DNA of 19,685 bases from the IMG/VR virus record IMGVR_UViG_2695420380_000016. One strand, given 5' to 3'. Of this stretch, positions 1 through 7,139 are shown piece by piece. The stretch is from a virus (lineage: Duplodnaviria > Heunggongvirae > Uroviricota > Caudoviricetes). The notes under the pieces are model-generated. The model saw only the letters and a list, made by a program, of their open reading frames with translations. It was not told where the DNA came from and ran no database searches. Numbering within the stretch: the stretch's first letter is position 1; each line of letters opens with the position of its first letter. The translations under genes and the position numbers were made by a program.

Positions 1-360
1 CACTCTGCCTGTATGTGCCCGTTTCGATGGCGGTACAGCAGGTTTTCGCTCAAGCAACAGCGCATTCTGGCGCATGATCCGGTAAACACGTTTGGCATTG
101 ATCGCAGGCATACCATCAAGTTCTGCCTGTCTGCGAAGCAGCGCCCATACCCGACGATAACCATACGTGGGCAGCTCTCCGATAACATGGTGTATACGGA
201 GAAGCACATCCGTATCATCAGTGTGACGACTGCGGCGGCCATCCATCCAGTCATCGGTTCGTCTGAGAATGACGTGCAACTGCGCACGCGACACCCGGAG
301 ACAACGGCTGACTAAGCTTACTCCCCATCCCCGGGCAATAAGGGCGCGTGCGCTATCCAC
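1..360 (-). CDS. insD: IS2 transposase OrfB (InsD), N-terminal part only; runs off the window
   Basis: Manual minus-strand translation from about 360 downward gives [120 protein letters not shown] with no stop before position 1. Matches remembered InsD. Absent from the ORF track because it has no in-window stop and no ATG start. Confidence 0.75.
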
Positions 361-683
361 TTTTTTGCCCGTCCATATTCAACGGCTTCTTTGAGGAGTT
401 CATTTTCCATCGTTTTCTTGCCGAGCAGGCGCTGGAGTTCTTTAATCTGCTTCATGGCGGCAGCAAGTTCAGAGGCAGGAACAACCTGTTCTCCGGCGGC
501 GACAGCAGTAAGACTTCCTTCCTGGTATTGCTTACGCCAGAGAAATAACTGGCTGGCTGCTACACCATGTTGCCGGGCAACGAGGGAGACCGTCATCCCC
601 GGTTCAAAGCTCTGCTGAACAATTGCGATCTTTTCCTGTGTGGTACGCCGTCTGCGTTTCTCCGGCCCTAAGACATCAATCAT
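318..683 (-). CDS. insC: IS2 transposase OrfA (InsC)
   Basis: ORF 318..728(-) contains [56 protein letters not shown]..., recognised as IS2 InsC. Start placed at the MIDVLG methionine (683), not the upstream in-frame Met of the track ORF. A6G slippery site at 361-367 (minus strand) fits the IS3-family -1 frameshift. Confidence 0.9.
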
Positions 684-733
684 CTGTACTCCAATGACTA
701 GTCTAAAAACTAGTATTAAGACTATCACTTATT

Positions 734-774
734 TAAGTGATACTGGTTGTCTGGAGATTCAGGGGGCCAGTCTA
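734..774 (-). repeat. IS2 terminal inverted repeat (element end at 774)
   Basis: Sequence ending ...ctggagattcagggggccagtcta at 774 corresponds to the IS2 terminal IR in reverse orientation. The 41-bp extent is from memory of IS2, not measured here. Confidence 0.6.
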
Positions 775-1008
775 TATCCATTGATTTCATATCCTCACCC
801 CGATGTACACAGATGGTGCAATATGTTTGAAAAGATCGGAGTCTATGGGGTAGTTTTTATAGCAAACGTTGTTCTCAACGGCGCTAAAAAACAGACACAT
901 TAAAAATGTGGGTAATTATTTTAAAAGAAAATCATGTATTAAATAATAATACGAGATATGTTTTCATATTTAGTGTACTGTATACGGCCATTTATACAGG
1001 AAAAGCCT

Positions 1009-1179
1009 ATGTCAGAACGTAAAGACTCAAAGTCACGCCGTAATTATCTCGTTAAATGTTCCTGCCCAAACTGCACCCAAGAGTCAGAACACAGTTTTTC
1101 AAGAGTACAAAAAGGTGCCCTTTTGATCTGCCCTCATTGCAACAAAGTATTCCAGACAAATCTTAAAGCTGTAGCTTGA
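1009..1179 (+). CDS. small Cys-rich zinc-ribbon-like protein (56 aa from the internal Met; track ORF starts at 958)
   Basis: ORF 958..1179. Internal start MSERKD at 1009 is preceded by AGGAAAAG. Two CxxC pairs (CSCPNC ... CPHC) suggest a zinc ribbon. Possible YdfK/YnaE-type cold-shock-region protein, but I cannot confirm that from memory. Confidence 0.5.
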   Translation: MSERKDSKSRRNYLVKCSCPNCTQESEHSFSRVQKGALLICPHCNKVFQTNLKAVA

Positions 1180-1237
1180 TTGATTTTATTCGTAACAAGT
1201 ATTTTTTATATTTTAATAACATATTTAAAGCAGATAA

Positions 1238-1266
1238 TAAAAAACCCGCCTGAGCGGGTTTAATAT
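1238..1266. terminator. bidirectional intrinsic terminator between convergent genes
   Basis: AAAAACCCGCC-tga-GCGGGTTTAATATT: GC-rich hairpin flanked by an A-run upstream and a T-rich tract downstream. Sits between the plus-strand small ORF and minus-strand cspB. Confidence 0.6.
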
Positions 1267-1542
1267 TGTGGTGCTTTTTGTGGGAGTCATCCACTTACGC
1301 ACTTTGTTTTGCTATGCCAGCAGTTAGCTTCTGCTGTAAAACTATTCATGCAGCAAACCTGCACTTCACCACAATGGTTAGCATACTTTTCCTGATTAAG
1401 TTATTGCCAAATATGCTGGCCATTGTTTCATGTATTGGACCTCCTTACTATTTATTAAAGAGATCCAATATTCACCACTCTGTCTGTATCTCCACTCAGG
1501 CATCAGCCTTCTTCGTTATCGTATACAGACAAACTATGAATT

Positions 1543-1758
1543 TTAATCAGTAATGATGACATTTGCTGCTGCTGGACCTTTAGCACCACTCTCTACAGAG
1601 AAGGTAACCTTTTGTCCTTCAAATAAGGTTCGATAATTATCATTCTGAATCGCAGAAAAATGCACAAACACATCTTTACTACCATCAACAGGAGAAATAA
1701 AGCCAAAACCTTTATCAGCGTTAAACCATTTTACTAAACCAGTCATTTTATTTGACAT
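1543..1758 (-). CDS. cspB: cold shock protein CspB (CspA family)
   Basis: 71-aa product [71 protein letters not shown] carries the cold-shock-domain RNP motifs KGFGFI and VFVHF. Closest to remembered E. coli CspB. SD AAGGA lies upstream. Confidence 0.9.
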   Translation of the reverse strand: MSNKMTGLVKWFNADKGFGFISPVDGSKDVFVHFSAIQNDNYRTLFEGQKVTFSVESGAKGPAAANVIITD

Positions 1759-1960
1759 TCTACATTCCTTAACTTGAGCCTTTCGGCATAAATGGCTTGT
1801 ATAACAGAAACGACTTCGTACTTAATTGGAGAGACTCAAAGAAGGAATAAGTGAATAACACCTGAAATGAGAACTGCTTTAGTAAACTACTTCGTATATC
1901 GTCTGTTCTTCAAACCGACGCAATCATTAACGCATAGTTGAACATATGAAGCAATGTTTA
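1759..1960 (-). promoter_or_regulatory. cspB promoter and long 5' UTR region (inferred)
   Basis: About 300 bp AT-rich divergent intergenic region between cspB and cspF. CspA-family genes are known to have long regulatory 5' UTRs. Exact promoter elements not mapped here. Confidence 0.35.
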
Positions 1961-2058
1961 TTTTAGACATCCAGCCATCTTCAACCCCATCAAAAAACTA
2001 TAGCTTTCTTCAGGAACGTGTGTATAGTGCGCCAAGTTATCAGTATTAAGGAATTTTT

Positions 2059-2271
2059 TTGTCCCGTAAAATGACAGGAATTCTCAAAACCTTTGACGGC
2101 AAAAGCGGCAAAGGTCTTATAACCCCATCCGATGGTCGTATCGATGTCCAGCTTCATGTTTCAGCGCTCAATCTCCGTGATGCAGAAGAAATTACCACCG
2201 GATTACGCGTGGAATTTTGCCGGATAAATGGTCTGCGTGGACCATCAGCTGCCAATGTTTACCTTTCATGA
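2059..2271 (+). CDS. cspF: CspF/CspH-like cold-shock-domain protein
   Basis: 70-aa product [37 protein letters not shown]...[20 protein letters not shown] resembles remembered CspF/CspH. Divergent from cspB as in the Qin prophage. First codon at 2059 is TTG; an ATG at 2071 is an alternative start. Confidence 0.75.
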   Translation: MSRKMTGILKTFDGKSGKGLITPSDGRIDVQLHVSALNLRDAEEITTGLRVEFCRINGLRGPSAANVYLS

Positions 2272-2562
2272 GCTATATTAAAGCTTTAACTTCAAGCCCC
2301 ATCGAATCAAACATGGAGAGTTTTCATGAATAAACCCGTCTGTCTTGATGACTGGTTGATTGGCTTTAAAAGCTTATGCTGTACTTTGACCTTAATAGCT
2401 CTGCTAATAATGTAATAAGCAGACTCATTGTATCTATGGACATTGTACTGGAAGAAAACATTTTAAACATCAGGCAAAAAACAAAGTCACCCGATAAATA
2501 ATAAGTAAACTAACATGAATCCCGTAATGAGATTCAGCATCTCTATTACCCTATTTAAAGCA

Positions 2563-2592
2563 CAAAAACCCGCTCATCAGCGGGTTTTCTAC
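2563..2592. terminator. strong bidirectional intrinsic terminator (tR'-like for the minus strand; also ends cspF)
   Basis: CACAAAAACCCGCTCATCAGCGGGTTTTCTAC: 7-bp GC stem with a U-tract on both strands. Lies about 50-60 nt downstream of a sigma70-like promoter that follows the Q gene. Confidence 0.7.
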
Positions 2593-2627
2593 TTTTTCTT
2601 AACTTCGGGTATACAAAGCCCATCGTT

Positions 2628-2665
2628 GAAAAAATTTTATCCATATTTTTTGAAAAATGCAAGAA
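2628..2665 (-). promoter_or_regulatory. candidate late promoter pR'-like (Q target) with short leader
   Basis: Minus strand reads TTGCAT-N17-TAAAAT (-35 at 2662..2657, -10 at 2639..2634), 30 nt after the Q stop and followed by the terminator at 2563-2592. This is the lambdoid pR'/qut/tR' arrangement. Confidence 0.45.
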
Positions 2666-2693
2666 TCACGTCGTCATCTTCGGCGAAAATCAC

Positions 2694-3446
2694 TTATCTC
2701 GTCACCTTTCTCAATTGTGCTTCAGCGTAAGATTCCTCCTGCCAGCACTTTGTAACCAGTTTATCAATGACATTTGCATATCCTTTATACCACTGATAAT
2801 CACTCAGGTCTGGTACCAGCTTCTGGACATGATGCCGCGCCAGTGTGGTTGGTAAACGACTAAACCGTTTTCCATTGCAACGCCCACAAATCTTATAAAC
2901 AGGTGTGCCATGAAGCCGGGTCCTTTTTTCATCCAGGACAATACCTTTACCCTTACACCCTCTGCACGCTGTGCTGACTTCTCCCTTACCATGGCAATGC
3001 TGACATAGTTCCTTCACCCACTCTTCTTTGATAACAGATTCCCCGCTTCTGGAGTGTTTCACCACTTCGAGCAATACATTATGAAATCCAGTACCAGCAC
3101 AATGCTCACAACGAGCCTTACTTGCCGCAGACCTGGAATAATCAGCAAAGGCAAAATTCACAAGGTAAGGAATAATCTGTAGCCGGGTTTCTTCACTCAA
3201 TTTATTCAATGTCGGGTTATCCAGTGCCATCGCGTAATTGAGCAGACCTTCAATCGCAAACTGAGGATCCTGAACACCAACTTTTGCCAGGAATAAGGCA
3301 AACCCAAGCGGTGCTTTCGACTGCACCATCCCCTGCGCAGCCATCACATCCGTAATCGTTAAACCACCAGAGCCTGTCGCCGGTGCGTCATCACTCAATT
3401 TTGGAGATTTTGGGGAGTAATATTTTGGTAAGGCTTCAAGGTTCAT
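2694..3446 (-). CDS. late-gene antitermination protein Q (phage 82 / QuuQ type)
   Basis: 250 aa with Cys/His clusters (CEHCAGTG, CQHCHGKGEVSTACRGCKGKG, CGRCNGKR). Sits between the DUF968 gene and the promoter-terminator module. Size matches remembered Qin QuuQ. SD GGAG upstream. Confidence 0.75.
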   Translation of the reverse strand: MNLEALPKYYSPKSPKLSDDAPATGSGGLTITDVMAAQGMVQSKAPLGFALFLAKVGVQDPQFAIEGLLNYAMALDNPTLNKLSEETRLQIIPYLVNFAFADYSRSAASKARCEHCAGTGFHNVLLEVVKHSRSGESVIKEEWVKELCQHCHGKGEVSTACRGCKGKGIVLDEKRTRLHGTPVYKICGRCNGKRFSRLPTTLARHHVQKLVPDLSDYQWYKGYANVIDKLVTKCWQEESYAEAQLRKVTR

Positions 3447-3459
3447 GCTCGTTCTCCAC

Positions 3460-4455
3460 TTACGCCAGTACGCCTATTGCCAGCGCACGATCGATAAAAC
3501 GAAATATCAGCTCCAGCTGGGAGCCATACTTCTCTTCAAATGCCACGGTATCCGCATGCAGCTCGTCGTGATGCTTTCTGCACAAAGGCAACACAAAAAG
3601 GTCATGCGCTTTTGTTCCCATTCCACCCTGACCGTGACCTATCAGGTGGTGGGGATCATCAGCGGGCTTTCCACAACATGCACACGGCTGTGTCTTAACC
3701 CAGCGCGTGTACTTTTCATTAACCCAGCGGCGACGTTTTGGGCGTAACATAAAAGACTCCGGCGACTCCGGATCCACTTTCAGCGCCAGCACCTTTTTCG
3801 CCTTATCCTGGATGATGCTGGTGGCAGGAACCGAAGGCACAAGGTCACTTTCCCGGGTGACAGACGGCACAACAGGCTTCGGTAATCTCAGTGCCTTACG
3901 GGCTGCACTTTCCGGTAAGGCATCCGCCAGGTCATTACGAATCAGCCACCAGCACAGTTCCGGCATTGTCACAACGTGACTGTCATCAAAACCGAGATCC
4001 CGACGCACAACAGACAACACCCAGCGGGCACAGTTATCCGTTGCCATTGATTCCAGCCGTTCCGTGAACTGATCGCGCAGCTGGTTATCGCAGTGCCAGC
4101 ACAGACGGATTGCACCCGGAGCGTGTCGCATTGTGGTCATGTTCTCGCTGTGCCAGTCGGAATGAGGCCTCTGGCAGCCTTTTTCACGAAGTAACCAGCT
4201 TTCAAGACATTCCACGCCACCAGCACGACGGATCACTGCCTCATTGCGGAACACGGCCCGAACGGCAGGATCATCCGCCAGCGGTTGTGATGCCGCCGGA
4301 ACGGCACCACTCGCGAAAGATGAATAACGCTCCGGCTCAGGCTCCAGCAGGACACGCCCCTGCATAAACAGGGGCATCAGCTCTGAACCTGGCCTGAACA
4401 ATACGATCCCCATACGCGGGGCAATTTCAGGGGTCAGTAGCGCTCTCACGGTCAC
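3460..4455 (-). CDS. DUF968-family protein (YdfU-like), Cys/His-rich C-terminus
   Basis: 331 aa. C-terminal block CACCGKPADDPHHLIGHGQGGMGTKAHDLFVLPLCRKHHDELH. Immediately upstream of Q, as YdfU is in Qin. Starts with GTG at 4455 directly after the upstream stop; true start uncertain. Confidence 0.65.
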   Translation of the reverse strand: MTVRALLTPEIAPRMGIVLFRPGSELMPLFMQGRVLLEPEPERYSSFASGAVPAASQPLADDPAVRAVFRNEAVIRRAGGVECLESWLLREKGCQRPHSDWHSENMTTMRHAPGAIRLCWHCDNQLRDQFTERLESMATDNCARWVLSVVRRDLGFDDSHVVTMPELCWWLIRNDLADALPESAARKALRLPKPVVPSVTRESDLVPSVPATSIIQDKAKKVLALKVDPESPESFMLRPKRRRWVNEKYTRWVKTQPCACCGKPADDPHHLIGHGQGGMGTKAHDLFVLPLCRKHHDELHADTVAFEEKYGSQLELIFRFIDRALAIGVLA

Positions 4456-4456
4456 C

Positions 4457-5266
4457 TCAATGAACGGTATCGAGCAGCTTTAACAGCTCAGGGAATCGGG
4501 ATTCGAAGAAATGCGGCTGCGTCTCGCGCGGATTTGCGGGACTGGTGATGTTCTTGCCGAACATGCAACCTTTCGCTGTCAGCGACCAGAATTTTTTGAT
4601 GTTGTTAATCGCGGTACGGCTGTATCGTTCGCGCTGCTCGACGATCCCCAGTTTCACCATCTGGTGATATGCCTGATTAGCCGTCAGGCGTATACCATAC
4701 TGTTTCAGCAGTGCGCTCAGTGACAGTGTCGGGCGACTTGAGCCATCGTGTGCATCAGCAGGAGCATCAATGGCATAGCGCGGTGCCAGATTCGGTAAGC
4801 CAACAGCCTCCTGGAGTTTCTGACAGGCACCAAGCACTGAAGAGTTAGACAGGTTTAACTCCCGGCGCATAAAGTCCAGCAGGATCACGCCAGCCTGCAT
4901 CTTGTCAGCAGCCTGTCCGGATAATTTTTCCGGTGCGCTGGTTACCATATCGAAAGTACGGATCACCTTCAGATGGAATGACGGGCTGATCCACATTGCA
5001 TAGGCATACACCAGTTCCTTGCAGACATACGTTCCCCGTTCATTTCCCCCATGAATCACACTCACCGGGTCAACACCCAAATTCTGGGTGTTGGTCAATT
5101 CATGAACAAGCTCAACAGTTTGTTGGCTGGAAAGAAACTTTCCCGGCTCCTTGGTTCTGGCATTTGCACCAGATGCTACTGCTGCGCGATGCAGATCGTT
5201 CAGGCTGTAACGCCCATAAGCATCACGACGAACTTCAATACCATCAATGACCATCAGATTATTCAT
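4457..5266 (-). CDS. KilA-N domain protein
   Basis: N-terminus IEVRRDAYGRYSLNDLHRAA...GGNERGTYVCKELVYAYAMWISPSFHLKVIRTFD matches the KilA-N DNA-binding fold pattern. Strong SD GAGGAG 10 nt upstream of the ATG at 5266. Confidence 0.75.
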   Translation of the reverse strand: MNNLMVIDGIEVRRDAYGRYSLNDLHRAAVASGANARTKEPGKFLSSQQTVELVHELTNTQNLGVDPVSVIHGGNERGTYVCKELVYAYAMWISPSFHLKVIRTFDMVTSAPEKLSGQAADKMQAGVILLDFMRRELNLSNSSVLGACQKLQEAVGLPNLAPRYAIDAPADAHDGSSRPTLSLSALLKQYGIRLTANQAYHQMVKLGIVEQRERYSRTAINNIKKFWSLTAKGCMFGKNITSPANPRETQPHFFESRFPELLKLLDTVH

Positions 5267-5285
5267 ACTTCGTTTCTCCTCTTAA

Positions 5286-5675
5286 TCAGGCGGCTGCACC
5301 CGCCGTTTTCTCGTACTTACTGATAGTGATCTCGACCTTCCCTTCCGGGATAACCGGTCCCCACTCCACCAGCATTCTTTTCACCTGACTGTCGTCCTCC
5401 CACACACCCGCGTGGGTCAGGGCGTCAAACAGCGCCTTGTTATAGTTGTCCAGATCGCGGATCCGGTTATCCGGAGGAAACAACACGATCTCCACTGAAG
5501 CAGGTGCCGACGTTGGTTTTGGCAGACGACGTAACTGCTCAACTATTGCTGCACACGCCGCGCTCTGGAATTTTCGCCCCGCCGCGCTTATCAGGCTCTT
5601 ACCTGCAAACGCCCCTTTGTTGGGGTGTCGCCAGTACGTGTTCACGCTGGGCGGAAAAGGCAGGATCAGCTTCAT
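5286..5675 (-). CDS. rusA: RusA-family Holliday junction resolvase
   Basis: 129 aa; LPFPPSVNTYWRH...RDLDNYNKALFDALTHAGVWEDDSQV matches the RusA pattern including the catalytic Asp cluster. Start overlaps the upstream stop as ATGA. Confidence 0.85.
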   Translation of the reverse strand: MKLILPFPPSVNTYWRHPNKGAFAGKSLISAAGRKFQSAACAAIVEQLRRLPKPTSAPASVEIVLFPPDNRIRDLDNYNKALFDALTHAGVWEDDSQVKRMLVEWGPVIPEGKVEITISKYEKTAGAAA

Positions 5676-5998
5676 GCTTTCAGGCCTCTCTCATGTAACC
5701 AGTGGGTTGCACGCAGCCTTGCGTTTTCCTCACCGGCAAGCAGTGAGCGGATAATCCCGACCGCCTCGCTGTCGTCGTCCTTCACCGCGGTATGAAGCGT
5801 TATCCCCCGGGCCACGCCACGCTTTATCGTGATGACGCCTTTTTTCTCCAGTGCGCGAAGATGCTCCACTGCTGCATTCACTGAACGGTATCCCAGCATG
5901 GTTGCCACCTCCTGATTGGTTGGCGGGAAGCCACGTTCTTTCTGGTAAGAAATCAGCATATCCAGCACCTGCTGCTGGCATTGAGTTAATGTCGTCAT
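5672..5998 (-). CDS. LexA N-terminal DNA-binding-domain protein (no peptidase domain)
   Basis: MTTLTQCQQQVLDMLISYQKERGFPPTNQEVATMLGYRSVNAAVEHLRALEKKGVITIKRGVARGITL aligns by eye with E. coli LexA residues 1-70 (LTARQQEVFDLI...[42 protein letters not shown]). The 108-aa product has no Ala-Gly/S24 module. ATGA overlap with the upstream gene. Confidence 0.75.
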   Translation of the reverse strand: MTTLTQCQQQVLDMLISYQKERGFPPTNQEVATMLGYRSVNAAVEHLRALEKKGVITIKRGVARGITLHTAVKDDDSEAVGIIRSLLAGEENARLRATHWLHERGLKA

Positions 5999-6648
5999 GC
6001 CGCCATCTCCCTGACCAGTTTTTCCGCCTGCTGGCGAACCTGCACCAGAAAGGCCTCACCACATGCCTCAAGTTCATCGCGCCCGATGTAGCTGATTGCC
6101 GGTCCCTTCCAGGTCTTGTCGAAAACAGCAATAGCACCAGCGAAGAAAGCGCCTGTCGGCACCTGCTTCTCGTCCTTCGGGATAAACCAGGCTGGCAGTT
6201 CAAAACCAATACGCCCGCGAATAAAAGCAATATGGTCTGCATCTTCCGGCCACCACACTTCGCTGGTGGCAGCTTTGATCAGGAAAACATAGCGCCCGCC
6301 TTTATCACGCATAGCACTGGCATGTTTCATGATGTAACGCATGCCGGTGATGTATTGCCCCTCATGCTGACTGGCGCGACTGTACGGGGGATTACCAAAG
6401 GCAGCACCTTTAAGCTCCGCAAGACGTTCTGACCAGTCATGCGCCAGCGCGTTGTCTTCCGCAGTGTAATAAGCGGCACATTTGGCGTTATCACCATCAG
6501 TAAACAGATCCAGAACAAACGGGCCAAACAGGGTGTTAATTCCCCAGAAAATGTTGTCCGGCGTGCGCCACTGATCGCCCACTTCCTTCAGTTCATGGGC
6601 TGGTTTGTTCCGCAGCTCCACCAGCGCCTGGCAATATTTATTACTCAT
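5995..6648 (-). CDS. phage Dam-type DNA N6-adenine methyltransferase
   Basis: Contains GNPPY, the (D/N)PPY motif IV of N6-adenine methyltransferases. Start placed at MSNKY (6648), which overlaps the upstream stop as TAATG; the track's upstream Met at 6681 would overlap the preceding gene by 34 nt. Confidence 0.75.
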   Translation of the reverse strand: MSNKYCQALVELRNKPAHELKEVGDQWRTPDNIFWGINTLFGPFVLDLFTDGDNAKCAAYYTAEDNALAHDWSERLAELKGAAFGNPPYSRASQHEGQYITGMRYIMKHASAMRDKGGRYVFLIKAATSEVWWPEDADHIAFIRGRIGFELPAWFIPKDEKQVPTGAFFAGAIAVFDKTWKGPAISYIGRDELEACGEAFLVQVRQQAEKLVREMAA

Positions 6649-7139
6649 TAAGCCCCCACGTAATTCCCTGACAGATACCACTCTTCACCCGATGCAGCGC
6701 GCTTGCTGCTTTTCCGTAAGCACCGCTCACGATGCGCCAGAAAATTGTTTCGTTCTGGCTGGGAGTGGCTTTCACGGAATGCCGCCATCCACACCGTTGC
6801 AGCACGACGGTATAAGCCCCTGGACTCCAGTTCTTCCGCCTGGCGGGTCAACAAAATCACCCGGGGATCGTTAGTGCCGACATAGAAATTGCGCACAGGT
6901 CTGGTTTCACGAACTGGTTGTGGTTCCGGCTCCTGCGCTCTCTCAGTCAGGCGCGGGAAATGTCTGCGTGTATCTACTTCACAACGGTGAGCCACACGCC
7001 CGCTCTGACGTAACTTGCTTGCTGACTGTAGAACGCGCTGCCGTGAGTAACCTGCAAAAGCATCCGCAATGTCTCCGGAAGTACACCCCGGATGGGCTTC
7101 AATGAATTTCTGAACGTCATTCAAAAGACTCATGCTCAC
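6648..7139 (-). CDS. hypothetical protein; C-terminal half weakly resembles PerC/ANR-type regulators
   Basis: 163-aa ORF, translationally coupled on both sides. Motif LLTRQAEELESRGLYRRAATVWMAAF is the basis for the tentative PerC/ANR resemblance. Occupies the slot where a helicase loader would sit in lambda. Confidence 0.5.
   Translation of the reverse strand: MSMSLLNDVQKFIEAHPGCTSGDIADAFAGYSRQRVLQSASKLRQSGRVAHRCEVDTRRHFPRLTERAQEPEPQPVRETRPVRNFYVGTNDPRVILLTRQAEELESRGLYRRAATVWMAAFRESHSQPERNNFLAHRERCLRKSSKRAASGEEWYLSGNYVGA

Larger units (their letters stand above)
1..774 (-). mobile_element. IS2 (IS3 family), partial; truncated by the window start
   Basis: Minus-strand orfA translation matches remembered IS2 InsC. 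Terminal sequence GGAGATTCAGGGGGCCAGTCTA ends at 774, the reverse complement of the IS2 end TAGACTGGCCCCCTGAATCTCC. orfB continues past position 1. IS2 is about 1.3 kb, so roughly 550 bp lies outside the window. Confidence 0.85.

Noticed and set aside
13-315. 100-aa plus-strand ORF
   Set aside because: Lies antisense within IS2 orfB (insD); the minus-strand frame gives a clear InsD match.
640-903. 87-aa plus-strand ORF
   Set aside because: Spans the IS2 terminal inverted repeat and the junction at 774; a chimeric reading frame created by the insertion.
1266-1553. 95-aa plus-strand ORF downstream of the terminator
   Set aside because: No RBS, Cys/Phe-rich odd composition, and it overlaps the 3' region of cspB.
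4488-4506. gggattcgaa, resembling a tRNA T-arm
   Set aside because: Inside the KilA-N coding sequence, with no acceptor or anticodon stems nearby. No tRNA gene was recognised anywhere in the window.
5730-6432. Overlapping ORFs 5730..6242(-) and 5851..6432(+)
   Set aside because: Alternative frames inside the well-supported methyltransferase and LexA-domain genes; Arg/Ser-rich low-complexity products.
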